Assembly (NCBI RefSeq): GCF_006345805.1
Contig: NC_042998.1
Location: 44,826,001-44,890,000, forward strand
Length of the DNA: 64,000 bases
From: Octopus sinensis
Taxonomy: Eukaryota
Direction of reading: 5' to 3'
This document shows, piece after piece, positions 27,972 to 40,847 of this stretch. A model generated the notes under the pieces. The model worked only from the letters and a program-made list of their open reading frames with translations, did no database searches and was not told the origin of the DNA. How positions within the stretch are numbered: position 1 is the first letter of the stretch; every line of letters begins with the position of its first letter. The position numbers and the translations under genes were made by a program.

Positions 27972-28575
27972 TACATATACAAATATACATATATACATAT
28001 GCATTTTTATATATGAATGTATGTATGTGATATATATATATATCATTATCAGAATCAGCAGCATCAATATAACGTCTACTTTCCAATCTGGCATTGTTGA
28101 ACTGTTTGACAGGCGCTGGCAAGCCGGAGAGCTAGACCAGTCTCCAATCGTCTATTTTGGCATGGTTTCTAGGGCTGGATGCCCTTCCTAACGCAATCAT
28201 TTTACAGAGTACACTGGGTGTTTTTTTACGTGATACAAACACAGGTGTATTAGATACACACACACACGCGCGCGCGCGCACACACACACACACATATATA
28301 TATGTATATGTATATACATATGCCCGTGCGAATTTATATTCACACCGCTTGAAACCGGTGTAAACAGAGAACGATAAAACAATCACTTCACTAAGACAAG
28401 TATTAGAAAGTGAGACGATATAATCAACTAAGCACTTGAATGCAGTGTCCTAGAATGGCCGTCGACCAAATACTGAAATGACAGTAAATGAATAACAGAA
28501 CATCTGTAGACAAAATACAAGACCCGTACGATCTTCATTAACATGCTACAAATGGCGTTATAACGGAAGTATTTC

Positions 28576-28913
28576 AATGAACGTCTGCTAAGTGAGTTCA
28601 AACCATAACAACAAATGAACGTCTGCTAAGAGAATTCAAACCATAACAAAAAATGAACGTCTGCTAAGAGAATTGAAACCATAACAAAAAATTAACGTCT
28701 GCTAAGAGAGTTCAGTCCATGACAAAAAATGAACGTCTGCTAAGAGAATTGAAACCATAACAAAAAATTAACGTCTGCTAAGAGAATTGAAACCATAACA
28801 AAAAATTAACGTCTGCTAAGAGAGTTCAGTCCATGACAAAAAATGAACGTCTGCTAAGAGAATTCAAACCATAACAAAAAATGAACGTCTGCTAAGAAAG
28901 TTGAAATCATAAC
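28576..28913. repeat. 38-bp minisatellite, 9 units
   Basis: AATGAACGTCTGCTAAGAGAATTCAAACCATAACAAAA at an exact 38-bp period, with recurring variant units. Confidence 0.95.
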
Positions 28914-31474
28914 TACTCGAAATTGAACTAATGACCTTCACATACAGCCTGACTATTTTCTTTTTCTTTTTTTTTTTTTTGTTCATTTTCTCTTTTTTCT
29001 GCTTTTGTTGCTTATTTCACAGACCAATATCAGGTGATTTGTGTTTGAATTCAGACTGCGGATGATCTAAATGATAGATTTCCGGTCAAACAGCCGATAT
29101 ATGAGTGCTTCATATCCAATTACCAGCATGGTGTTTTATTCGTAACCAAGATACTGAACTCTCTGCGACCGTGTCAACTTTAGCTTTAAGTTGATAAAAC
29201 CGAGTCCTAGTGTCCATTCGTATAAGAAATGGCTGCAGTGTAAAACTGTTGAATAATTTGTAAGTTTGCTGACTGCGATTTCTAGTTAATTAAACGACTA
29301 CGTAGAGCTTCACTTGTTTGTATAGTGTTCAGGAGAAGCAATGACACGTGAAGTTGTTTCCATATTATGTGTACTGTATGGTGACTGGCGAATGAAGTGT
29401 GTTTCAGTTGGTTGAGTGGATACTTATATAACTCATATAACCTGGAACCGTTTCGTTCTAAAGCTAACTTTTTAACTGCACAGCTGCACCTGCTCTTATA
29501 CATGTACACACACATACACACACTCCTTAGACATGTCTGTGTGCTTATGTATTTATGTATGTATGTATATAAATGTATAGTAATTAACTTCAGTAGCTGA
29601 TAGCTGTTTCGGTTATAAGGAACCTAGCTTCATCAGATCTGTTACATAAAGTGCTTCTTTTCTTAGATATTAGTATGCCGGTTATTTCTCCCTCCTGTAG
29701 GTTATTGAGAACTTCTTTCAATGACTTATAGATAGATAGATATTCCCGACTCGCAGGTTATCTTTGTGTCTTCATCCAATCTTTTGCTCAGTTCCCTTAA
29801 GTTTATCGCTAATATATACATTCGTTCATAATTTCCAGGATTATACTGATTCGGTGATTACTAAAATTGGAGGCTGAATGTCAAAGAATAATAGAAAGGG
29901 AGGATCCGTGAGGCTAAATTTCATGAAGCATTTTTAGTTCTTGGTTTAAGCCATTTCATTTAATTTCCAGCACTAACGCCACCGAACCAACAAGAACGAG
30001 AGGGTCTCCATGAGGTCGACCGACCTACCTCAAATAGTTGGGTTATATGAACTTGATTATAAAAAGACAAGGTTAAGTCTGATATGAGACAACAACAACA
30101 ACAACTCCGCTAAAACCGTCGCGATTTCTCAACTTATGAAACGTCTTTAGTGTTCAATTAAATGCAGAGAATATTAACCAATATTGTGTATTTCATACGA
30201 AATTCTTTCTATACGCAAATTTCTATGAAGGCAAAGTTTTAGAGATCATTGGATAATCGGGTGTTCAACTTTATGTAGTATAAATCTTAGGCTGGTGAGT
30301 ATTTGAGAAGTATGCAGTTTTGCAGCTACCCAGTCATAAATTATTACTGTATTGCTGTGGATACCTGCGTCTTAGTAGACTGAGCCATTTGAAGGATTTA
30401 GTATCAACAACACAAACACACATCATTTGCAGGCAACAAAACACTAATCTTTCGATTTGCTGTTCATTATCTTATTGAGGATGTATTCCGGTTTCTCCTG
30501 CTCGTACGCGTGCTACATAAACACCATGCACATTCCTATATTTGCTATATCGTGTAACCTTGTGAAAAGCCAGTTTCAGAAGTTTTCGATGGCAGTTTCA
30601 TATCTATTGACTAGACTCTGTAGAGTGTCTTTCAGAATCTTGATAACCAAAATATAATTATCTGTATTAGCATCATTCTTTAGCTACAAGTAGAAAACTC
30701 CACTCTGCCAGACATGATTCTTCTGCTTCAATTAATTACGGTATCTTAATGCCAGTGTTTGTAACGATTTGTCGCAATGAGAAATAACAGAGAGAAAATT
30801 TTAGTCGCTCAGGAAAAATAACGAGATTTTAAAAATTACAAGGTTATGACTTTTCATTTTCCCCCGAGACATTACTAACGGCATAAGAGAGGCAAAATTG
30901 TCTTCAAAGAAAAAACTGAAGCCCAGTCACAGATTCAACCAACTCAGAAAGCACAACACCAAATATAAAGAGAATGTAATTAGCAACAGGATTAATATAC
31001 GGCGAGAATTGTCATAAACGCTAATGACTTCTCTTTTCATCAAGACAAAAAAAATTTGAGCTGATTAATTATTCCTTTTTATGTCACTACATTGAATGTG
31101 TTACCCTGGAACTAACTAATCTACTCAAGGATCAGACTGACTCTAGTGGCAGCGGTTTTGCTGAATATACACAAGCACTGTTTTATTTAGGTTTAAATCT
31201 GTAAATTTAAACATTCCAACTAGCGTGTATTTAACTCTTGTTTATGCCGTTCTTATTTTTCAGCTTTCGTTTCGTTTTGTTCATGTTCTTGTGTGCTCAA
31301 TTCTATTTTGTACATATTTGTTTTCATTTCGAAGTCTTTAGCATTACTACTATAAGTATTTTTGTATTTGAAACCATGTTTTATACTATGGATGCATACA
31401 TACATACATACAGACAGATAGAAACATACGTATATAATAGATATTCATATACATATATGCATATGTGTGTGTGT

Positions 31475-31589
<115 letters not shown>

Positions 31590-32230
31590 TAAATGCATAT
31601 ATAATTTATGAAGGAAACTGAAGACGGATTTAGTACGAATCTTATTCAACACGATGATCATTTCAACCCATCCTGCAGCTGTCCCTTAGGAGTAGGATAT
31701 TGTACGTCTAGTTGTGTTGCATCACTCATTGCAAGCTGTCTCACTTCAGGTGCTTGATATAGAAAAAAAAAGAAGTACCCCACAAGATATACTGAGTTCT
31801 CCTTGACATGTTGTTCTCCTTGACATGTTGTTCTCGCTCAACAAAAACTGCGGATTTCCTGAAGTAGACCCAGTAAAAATTATATCGTAACTGTGGATGA
31901 TATCAGGTAGACCAAACAGATAGACGAAAGATGTATAAATTTATCTTTATATAAATTACATGTCTGAACAAACAATAGCGGTTTACTAAGATGGATCATG
32001 CCATCTGCATACACTGCATGAATATCAGGTGGAAAATTTTCTATGTAGAGTTTGGTAATCACCTAATATTGTCCGAGTCTGCAAATAAGTTCGTCCTAAC
32101 AAGGTGCCTCAATTTAAGTACCTAATTCAGCTGAATCTAAATTATATTATATATATATATCTGATCGTGTGTGTATCGTTGGCGATTTTTTTCCTCCGTC
32201 TTCCTTTCCTTGGATCTTTCCTTTTCCTAT

Positions 32231-32265
32231 GTTTCTGACGAAGCGCTCCGCTCGAAACGTTAAAT
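32231..32265 (+). ncRNA. Minimal hammerhead motif, stem II with one mismatch
   Basis: GTTT-CTGACGA-A-GCGC-tcc-GCTC-GAAAC-GTT-AAAT. Core intact; GCGC/GCTC has one mismatch (GAGC would be perfect). Confidence 0.62.
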
Positions 32266-32471
32266 CCTCCTTCTTCCTTTCCTTTCCTGAGCGTCCAATA
32301 ACACTATACTTGTTCCACGTCCTCGCATTGTTGTGTTTTCATGTTTGGATTAACTTTATATATTTATGTCAAGTTACAATTTAACATTAAACTAAAGGAT
32401 TACTCAATACTTATTGAATTTTTGCAATGAAAATGTTGAAAGTGGCCTTGAAGTTTTGAACTGCTCACGTT

Positions 32472-32609
<138 letters not shown>

Positions 32610-33872
32610 GCTGTAAAAAATATAGAGCACCCATACACAATTGGCTTGTTGTCACCAATGTAGAAATTACAGGTGGTGAGGGACAAACTGGAGTGAATTA
32701 TATATTACAGTTCTCTTTTATTTTCCATATATAACCTAACGAATAGACTTTCACCGGCCTAAATGATATGATAATCTAATATAAATATAGTTTAAGGGCG
32801 GGTATTCACTTTCGAAATTTTTTTCAGCGTGCATTTTTAAATAATACAGAAATCAATGCAAAGGAAACTAACGGTTTTCGTTTATAACAGAAAACGAAGC
32901 TGAGTCAAACGTACTACAGAAGTAGTACTATACACATGTTCTTGAAACAGGTTTGTCTTACGTGACACGTGTTGTGTGAACGGAAACTACGGTGTGAAAG
33001 GAAATCTACATAAGTGGCTTATAACAGGTGGTTTGAACATTTAGTATTCAAATCTGCCAAATAAGGCCCAAATATCCTACCTGTTTTATCTTAAAGCAGA
33101 TCAGGCTTCTCACACTTACCCTACAATGCTATTCTAAAAATAAACAATCATCTCGTTGAAATCTGAAAGCTACAAGGTAATGTATAATAAATTCAAAGCA
33201 ACGCGAATAAATAAGCATTGCATTTGACAGAGTAATCTGAATGCTAAAGAGTTAATGTCCCGTTCAGCCTAAATGTGTCTTCTTGAAACTAGCCGAAACG
33301 AGTGTAAGAAGGACTGATTCCCTTCTGGATAAAAAAAAAGAAAGAGAAAAAACAGGCCAGAGAGTTTGTTGTAGCTAATTGTCTTCTAAGAAGATGAGAA
33401 TAAGAGATGTTGGCGTTCTGCTCTGGTTAAATTCTATTTGAAGAGAGAGTAATCGAAGTGTTGGATCAGGTTGCGTTCTGCACAGCAATAAAAAGTGGGA
33501 GAAAGAGAAACGAGACACTTTCTCTGGGATTGATTCTGACGAAAAGAAAGTGTGAAAAGAAAAAAAACCATCTTATTGTGATTGCATTCTATCGTAAGAA
33601 AATGGAGCACTTGAATAACCAAATAAATAACCAGTGGCAGACAGCAAGGTATTGCACTCTCGGTGGTTTAATAAACTGGTGAAAAACTAAAACTTTGTTA
33701 AAACTGACACTTCACACTCTTAAATGAGAATGTCTGCGTTCATTGATACACACACACACACATAAGCGCACACATGCACACACACATGCGCACACACAAA
33801 CATATATATATACATATGTGTGTCTGTGTGTGTGTGTAAGAATGTATGTATATATGGATGCGTAGATAAATG

Positions 33873-33939
<67 letters not shown>

Positions 33940-33965
33940 ATATACATATATATACATATACATAT

Positions 33966-33999
<34 letters not shown>

Positions 34000-34121
34000 G
34001 GAAATATTAAAATTACTAAGTCTCTATATATATATATACATATACATATATACATATATACATACATATATATATATATATATACATACATACGTGTATA
34101 TATATATATACACATATACAT

Positions 34122-34168
<47 letters not shown>

Positions 34169-34575
34169 TGCATAGGTCAATGTCTGTGTTGGAGTATGTG
34201 AGTGAGCGTGAGGACGCATAAATATTTATTCATACACGTGCGCGTGAACACACACACACATATTTATAGAAACACCTACGTACGCACACGCCCACATTCA
34301 CACAGATATATGTATGCATGTATAAATGTATTCATTTCCAGAATGTGTGTGTATGGGTGTGTATTTCTAAATGTTATGTATGCGTGCCAGAAACCAAGGG
34401 ACGAATCTGTAACAGGAAAGCCTTAAGGCAAAGTATTCTGAAATTAGAATTTGATAATAACATTTTAACGCCTACTTATCTTTCTTATCAAAAGAAATGA
34501 TTGTTTTATTTATTTATTTATTTTATATTTGTCTTTCTGCTTTTATTTCTTCTGGAACTTTTTCTCTTTGTATGT

Positions 34576-34637
<62 letters not shown>

Positions 34638-34772
34638 TTAAAAGTATTTCAGTCAATTGAAGGTGTTGTATTTTTGTGCAGATTCCAACTGAAAACCTTA
34701 CTACGTCACTGTAAACACAAACATTCGAAGTAGGTAATGAAAGGAAGAAAAGCCTACTCACTATATATATAT

Positions 34773-34828
<56 letters not shown>

Positions 34829-34848
34829 GTATGTATATATGTATATAT

Positions 34849-34904
<56 letters not shown>

Positions 34905-35234
34905 TCATATATATATTTATACATATGTGTTTGTGTGTGTGTACAGAGAGATACATACATACAGACAGACAACATACATCACATGCATACAGTCATACAT
35001 GTGTGTGCATGTCTATGTGTCTGTCTGTATGTGCTTATATAAATATCTCTATACGTATTTACTTTTTGTTTTGTCAGTCACTATTGAACTGTACACTGAA
35101 GCTTTCCGGAGAGCATACGAAGTATTGAATGAATACGATTTTGATTTATTGTCATTTTTATCAGTTGTTTTCTTGTTTTTGTTTACTTTTCTTATGCGAG
35201 AAACCTACGAACACCTTCACTACTTTGTTTCTGG

Positions 35235-35515
35235 CACGCAAGGTCGTGAGTTCAATTCCCGGTGACGCATTGTATCCTTAAGCAAGACACTTTATTTCAC
35301 ATTGCACCAGTCCACTCAGCTGGCAAAAATGAGTTGTAGCTGTATTTCAAAGGGCCAGCTTTGGCACATTCTGTTTCGCGCTGAATTTCCATGACTACTA
35401 CGTTAATGGTACGCATGCCTGTTGAATTAACGTGCCACATGCACGTTAATTTCACGAGCAGGCTGTTCCGTTGACCGGATCTACTGGAACCCTTGCCGTC
35501 GTAAAGGACGAAATT
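35235..35515 (+). mobile_element. CORE-like SINE (family D)
   Basis: GAGTTCAATTCCC B-box, CCTTAAGCAAGACACTT, CACGAGCAGGCTGTTCCGTTGACCGGATCTACTGGAACCC tail. Confidence 0.75.
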
Positions 35516-35758
35516 AAATGGTATTTTAAGTTAAATGGTATTTGGAAGCAAATAAGAGCGAGTTCCAGCCTTGAGCCTCACTTAACAACACAGGCTATCT
35601 ATGATCTTGAGTTTGACTGAAAATACCAGTTGGTTTTGTTGCTTCCAAAACATATGCTCCCAGGTTCACTTCCATTGGGTGATACCTTGGACGACAGTCT
35701 TATACTAAAGCTCTAGGCATCTGCTTGACAGAAACTGAAAGAAGCCTGACGTACGTGT

Positions 35759-35820
<62 letters not shown>

Positions 35821-36016
35821 TGTTTGTATGTATGTGTTAATGTTTGTCTCCCTAAACCAGGCTTTAAAAAGTAAAATTAAAGTACTGGAATCGATTTGGT
35901 CGACTAAACCTTTCAAAGTGGTGCCCCAGCATGGCCGCAATCTATTGACTGAAGCAAGAGAAAGATAAAAGATAGACGATACACACACACGCACACAAAT
36001 ACGAATATAGATAGAC

Positions 36017-36105
<89 letters not shown>

Positions 36106-36282
36106 GCGCAAGAGTGGTTGTGTGGTAAGTAGCTTGCTTATCAACCATATGGCTCCGGGTTCAGTCCCATTGCGTGGCACCTTGGACAAGTGTCTTCTCC
36201 TATAGCCTCGGCCCGACCAAAGCCTTGTGAGTGGATTTGGTAGACGGAAACTGAAAGAAGCCCGTCATATATATGTATATAT

Positions 36283-38320
36283 AGACTAGAGCTGGAAAAA
36301 CTTCATCTGCAGACTAACATGAAAACCTCCATTGAAAATCAAAGAGCTGTGGAGGAACAATGGGTAATCAAAAACATCAAACAGAACCCAAAAGTGTTCT
36401 ATTCTTATGCAAATAAGCATAGAACCACTGTCTCACCTATTGGGCCATTGATTGATGAAAACGGCATTCCCCAACACGATGCTAAAGAAATGGCAGAAAT
36501 ACTGCAGAAACAATATTGCTCTGTCTTCAGTGTTCCCACTGATATTGATGTGAGGGAAACGAACGAAGCTGACTCCCAACACAAAATCGCAGACATAACC
36601 TTCACTGCCACCGACATCGTAGCAGCAATAAATGAGGTCAAACATTACTCTGCTGTAGGCCCTGATAGATTTCCCGCCAGTCTCCTGAAGGAATGTAGAT
36701 ATCAACTTGCAGTCCCTCTGACCAACCTCTGGAGAAACTCGTTAGACGCAGGTTATATACCGAAAAAGTTTCTATCCCAGTCGGTCATCCCGGTTTTCAA
36801 ACAGGGAAACAGATCCCTCGCAGTCAACTATCGCCCAATCTCACTCACCTCCCACATCATTAAAGTGTTTGAAAGAGTGTTAAGATCAAGGATAGCTGAC
36901 TTCCTGGAGACCCATAAACTCCTAAATTCAAATCAGCATGGCTTTCGCTGTGGCAGGGACTGTCTAACACAGCTCTTACACCACATTGAAGATGTACTCA
37001 AAGCCTTGGGAACAGGTTCGAACTCTGACGTCATATACCTTGACTTCAGTAAAGCGTTCGACAGGGTAGACCATAACATCCTACTCTCAAAATTGGCAAA
37101 TGTTGGAATCCGTGGAAAAGTTCTACACTGGATTCAGTATTTCCTAGCGAATAGAACACAACATGTTGTAGTTGATGGAGTCCACTCAAACCCAGCAAAA
37201 GTCACCAGTGGTGTTCCCCAGGGAACTGTTTTGGGTCCGCTACTCTTCATAATTTATGTAAACGACCTTTCCAGTGTCGTACATCACTGCAAAGTGAAAA
37301 TATTCGCTGATGACACTAAGCTCCAGCAAATCGTCAATGAAGAAGCAGACCGAACTCAACTCCAGTCTGACCTATATGCTGTGAGTCAATGGGCAGACAG
37401 AAACAAAATGCAACTGAATGAGGGAAAATTTGAGCTGATGCATTTTGGAAGAAATTCCTCACTAAAACAACCATACTCTCTTCCTTCAGGGGAACCGCTC
37501 ACAGCCTCTAACAATATCAGAGACCTGGGTGTAATTGTTGATGACGATCTCAGTTGGAGTGCACACATCAACAAGAAGGTCGATACAGCTCGTAGGATGA
37601 GTTCCTGGATCTTAAGAACTTTCCGGTCCAGAGAACAAGGTGTCATCATACCACTTTTTTCATCCTTTGTACGGCCACACCTTGAATACTGCTGCCCACT
37701 GTGGTCTCCTCACACAAGACAAAACATCTCCAGAATTGAGTCACCCCAGAGGGCTCTCACTAAACAAATTGAAGGCATGGCTGCTCTCGATTATTGGGAT
37801 TGCCTTAAAGCCTTGAAACTTTACTCCCTCCAGCGTCGCCGTGAGCGGTACATCATTTGTACGATGTGGAAAATATACCGCCAACTTTGCCCAAACGACC
37901 TAAACATTAGCTTCAAGGTTCATCCGAGACTTGGACCACGGGCTATACGTCCCCTGCCAAATTCAAGATCACAACATACATGTACACTGCAACATAATTT
38001 CTTTTCCTCAACAGGCCCTGCCCTATTTAACATTGTCCCGAGGGAGATCAAAGAGGAAAAGGATCCCATCAACTTCAAACAGAGTCTGGATAGATTCCTT
38101 CAAAGAATACCAGATAAGCCACCCATAATTGGATACAACTCACCCAACAAGAACTCACTACTTGAACAAAACTGGATACAACTCACCTAACAAGAACTCA
38201 CTACTTGAACAAAACTTGACTTAAACAGGATTCGAATAATCCTATCAGGTGGTGCTATTAAGTTAGACATGGCCTGGACCAATCATTGGTCGAAACATAT
38301 CTAAGTTTTATCTAAGTTTT
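36283..38320 (+). mobile_element. 5'-truncated CR1/L2-type LINE insertion with TSD
   Basis: RT ORF, short 3' UTR with hairpin GACCAA-TCA-TTGGTC, tail (ATCTAAGTTTT)2. Flanked by ATATGTATATAT at 36271-36282 and 38321-38332. Confidence 0.9.
36319..38190 (+). CDS. Reverse transcriptase part of LINE ORF2 (CR1/L2-type), 5'-truncated, no endonuclease domain
   Basis: 623-aa uninterrupted ORF with non-LTR RT motifs: NYRPISLTSHIIKVFER, QHGFR, DVIYLDFSKAFDRVDH, SGVPQGTVLGPLLFIIYVNDL, IFADDTKL, DLGV, RPHLEYCCPLWSP, LQRRRER. The frame stays open upstream to the insertion junction (RLELEKLHLQTN-M), so the ATG is internal. Confidence 0.93.
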   Translation: MKTSIENQRAVEEQWVIKNIKQNPKVFYSYANKHRTTVSPIGPLIDENGIPQHDAKEMAEILQKQYCSVFSVPTDIDVRETNEADSQHKIADITFTATDIVAAINEVKHYSAVGPDRFPASLLKECRYQLAVPLTNLWRNSLDAGYIPKKFLSQSVIPVFKQGNRSLAVNYRPISLTSHIIKVFERVLRSRIADFLETHKLLNSNQHGFRCGRDCLTQLLHHIEDVLKALGTGSNSDVIYLDFSKAFDRVDHNILLSKLANVGIRGKVLHWIQYFLANRTQHVVVDGVHSNPAKVTSGVPQGTVLGPLLFIIYVNDLSSVVHHCKVKIFADDTKLQQIVNEEADRTQLQSDLYAVSQWADRNKMQLNEGKFELMHFGRNSSLKQPYSLPSGEPLTASNNIRDLGVIVDDDLSWSAHINKKVDTARRMSSWILRTFRSREQGVIIPLFSSFVRPHLEYCCPLWSPHTRQNISRIESPQRALTKQIEGMAALDYWDCLKALKLYSLQRRRERYIICTMWKIYRQLCPNDLNISFKVHPRLGPRAIRPLPNSRSQHTCTLQHNFFSSTGPALFNIVPREIKEEKDPINFKQSLDRFLQRIPDKPPIIGYNSPNKNSLLEQNWIQLT

Positions 38321-38557
38321 ATATGTATATATGTGTGTGTGTGTGTTTGCGTGTCTGTGTTTGTCCCCCCAACATCACTTGACAACCGATGCTGGTGTGT
38401 TTACGTCCCCGTAACTTAGCGGTTCGGCAAAAGAGACCGATAGAATAAGTACTAGGCTTACAAAGAATAAGTCCTGGGGTCGATTTGCTCGACTAAAGGC
38501 GGTGCTCCAGCATGGCCGCAGTCAAATGACTGAAACAAGTAAAAGAGCAAATGTGTA

Positions 38558-38616
<59 letters not shown>

Positions 38617-38633
38617 TAAACAGACAGACAGAC

Positions 38634-38730
<97 letters not shown>

Positions 38731-38737
38731 TTATAGT

Positions 38738-38935
38738 GAAAGAGGATCTAGAGAAATATGGAGAAGATACTGCGTAAAGGAAATGCCGAACACCTCGTTA
38801 AAGATACATCGCAATCAATATCTCAGTGAAGTTGTCGGTTTATCTCATGGCTGCATAATAACGAGTGTTTAAGTATTATTTTACGGCATGATATCCATAG
38901 GGGTTTTTAGTTATAATTTATCTTGATATCATTCT
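38738..38935 (+). repeat. Unclassified ~200-bp dispersed repeat, copy 2
   Basis: Same blocks as 4148-4350. Confidence 0.8.
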
Positions 38936-38992
38936 CGCGGTTGTTGCTGTTGCTGCTGCTGATGCCACTGCTGTTGCCACTGCTGCTGTTGG

Positions 38993-39047
<55 letters not shown>

Positions 39048-39527
39048 AATTGTGGGTTACTTGTTTTGTCTTGGTTTATTTTTTATTCGTTTTTTTTCCC
39101 TGAAAAACGTGAGTAATGGTTCTCATTTAGGATCCATATGACCTCTACGTGGTTATATAAGATTTTATATAAGATAGGCGGTAGAGGTCACGCAAGTAAA
39201 ATGGTGAATTAGGAGTCCATAAAAAACATTTGAAAGAATTAGCAGTAAAACTAGTTTTTAAACAACGAATGGCTAGGGACGGGGGTCTATCAAAATAATT
39301 AATTAAAGGGGTCCATAGATTTTTTTTTAATGTTTGAGATCTACTGTATTAAAGATAGAATACGAAACGTGAACTTTATGCTGGTAGTTAGATATCATAA
39401 CAACTGGTCAGTAAAGACATCACTACGTAGTCGCTCAACTTACTAGAAAGTCAAAATGGCCGTGGCTGGAATTCTCTTGATAAGTCTGTTCCATCAGAGC
39501 TGACCTGGGACTATACTACAACTACGT

Positions 39528-39584
<57 letters not shown>

Positions 39585-40567
39585 AAACCACCACCACCAC
39601 TACTACTACATGCCGACAACAGCTCTCTACAGGGGGGTACTAATTCAATTGATAAATACTACGTCATTACGATGTAACGTGATTGTACGTTGTCGTGTAG
39701 AGAAACTAATTATTGTCTTCGTATCTTATCGTGTGAATCAACGTTTGAAACTCAACATGACATAGTGTAAGGATAGCTGATTGATTCATTGATCTGTTTA
39801 ACTTCAGTTCGTATGATGCGACTAGTGTACTTTTAAACAGCTTGTCAGCTGTCAGAGCTTGTTACTTATGGTTAGCATACAGCGGCCGTTAATACAGTTC
39901 AGTCCATGCATTTAGCACTAAATAATGTAGTCGTTACGTTAATATAATTGAATGGAGGCTTCATAGCTCTTTGACTTGGCCAAGCAAATAACATCACGGA
40001 ATAAATTAACCGGATATGTGTCTCATTAATCAGGAAAATATCTGCCCGTATCACTCCCGCTATACATATGAATAGCAACTACATGAAACAAACGGGTACC
40101 GCAACATACTGTTAGTCTCTCTTAAACATCTTCAACACACTTGTACACAAAGCTTATCTGGGATTAAACTATTATATTATATAACTACTCTGAGTGTAAA
40201 TGGTTTCATCACTATTTAATAGAGAATTAATAGCTATGTAAACCATACATTCTAACTGCGGTTGAACATTTGATAAGACTTGTTGAATTAAACATCATTC
40301 ATAACACATAAAGAGTTTAACTTCATAATTATTATAGATCCAAATATCTCGTCATACAAATTCTTCATTCTTGTTCTGCTAGTTTGGGAAACCGTGTTAG
40401 TCATTACGTGAATACATCTCCTATACGAAAATATAAGTAGTAAGTCTGAAATATGCATAAATATGTGTATTTCGGTTTTAAATCATATTTCTCGTAACAG
40501 TAGCAAATACTAAGTCTCTTTATTTGTTACTCGATCTTTTACAGTCAAGCCTGTCTTATATCATTGA

Positions 40568-40847
40568 CTTGTTTCAGTCATTGGACTGCGGCCATGCTGG
40601 GGCAACGCCTTGAAGAGTTTATAGTCGAATAAATCTACCCCCAGTACTCATTAGTTTCTAAACACGGCTACATATTATATTGGTTTCTAAGTTACGGGAA
40701 CGTAAACAGACCAACACCGGCTTTCAAGCGATGAGGAGGTCAAACACAAGTACACACACGAAACAGACATATATAATGTGTGTGTGCATGTGTCTGTGCT
40801 TGTGTACGACGGGCTTCTTTCAGTTTCCATCTTCAAAGTCCACTCAC
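40568..40847 (-). mobile_element. Family-B SINE 3' half, head missing
   Basis: GTGAGTGGACTTTGAAGATGGAAACTGAAAGAAGCCCGTCG, microsatellite, and CCCAGCATGGCCGCAGTCCAATGACTGAAACAAG tail. Confidence 0.8.

Larger units (their letters stand above)
36104..38547 (+). mobile_element. Full-length CORE-like composite SINE (family B) split by the LINE: 36104-36282 and 38321-38547
   Basis: tRNA-like head with B-box GGTTCAGTCCC, CORE-like GGCACCTTGGACAAGTGTCTT, GTGAGTGGATTTGGTAGACGGAAACTGAAAGAAGCCCGTC block and internal TA/TG microsatellite. 3' end GGCGGTGCTCCAGCATGGCCGCAGTCAAATGACTGAAACAAG. Both halves match other copies in the window. Confidence 0.88.
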
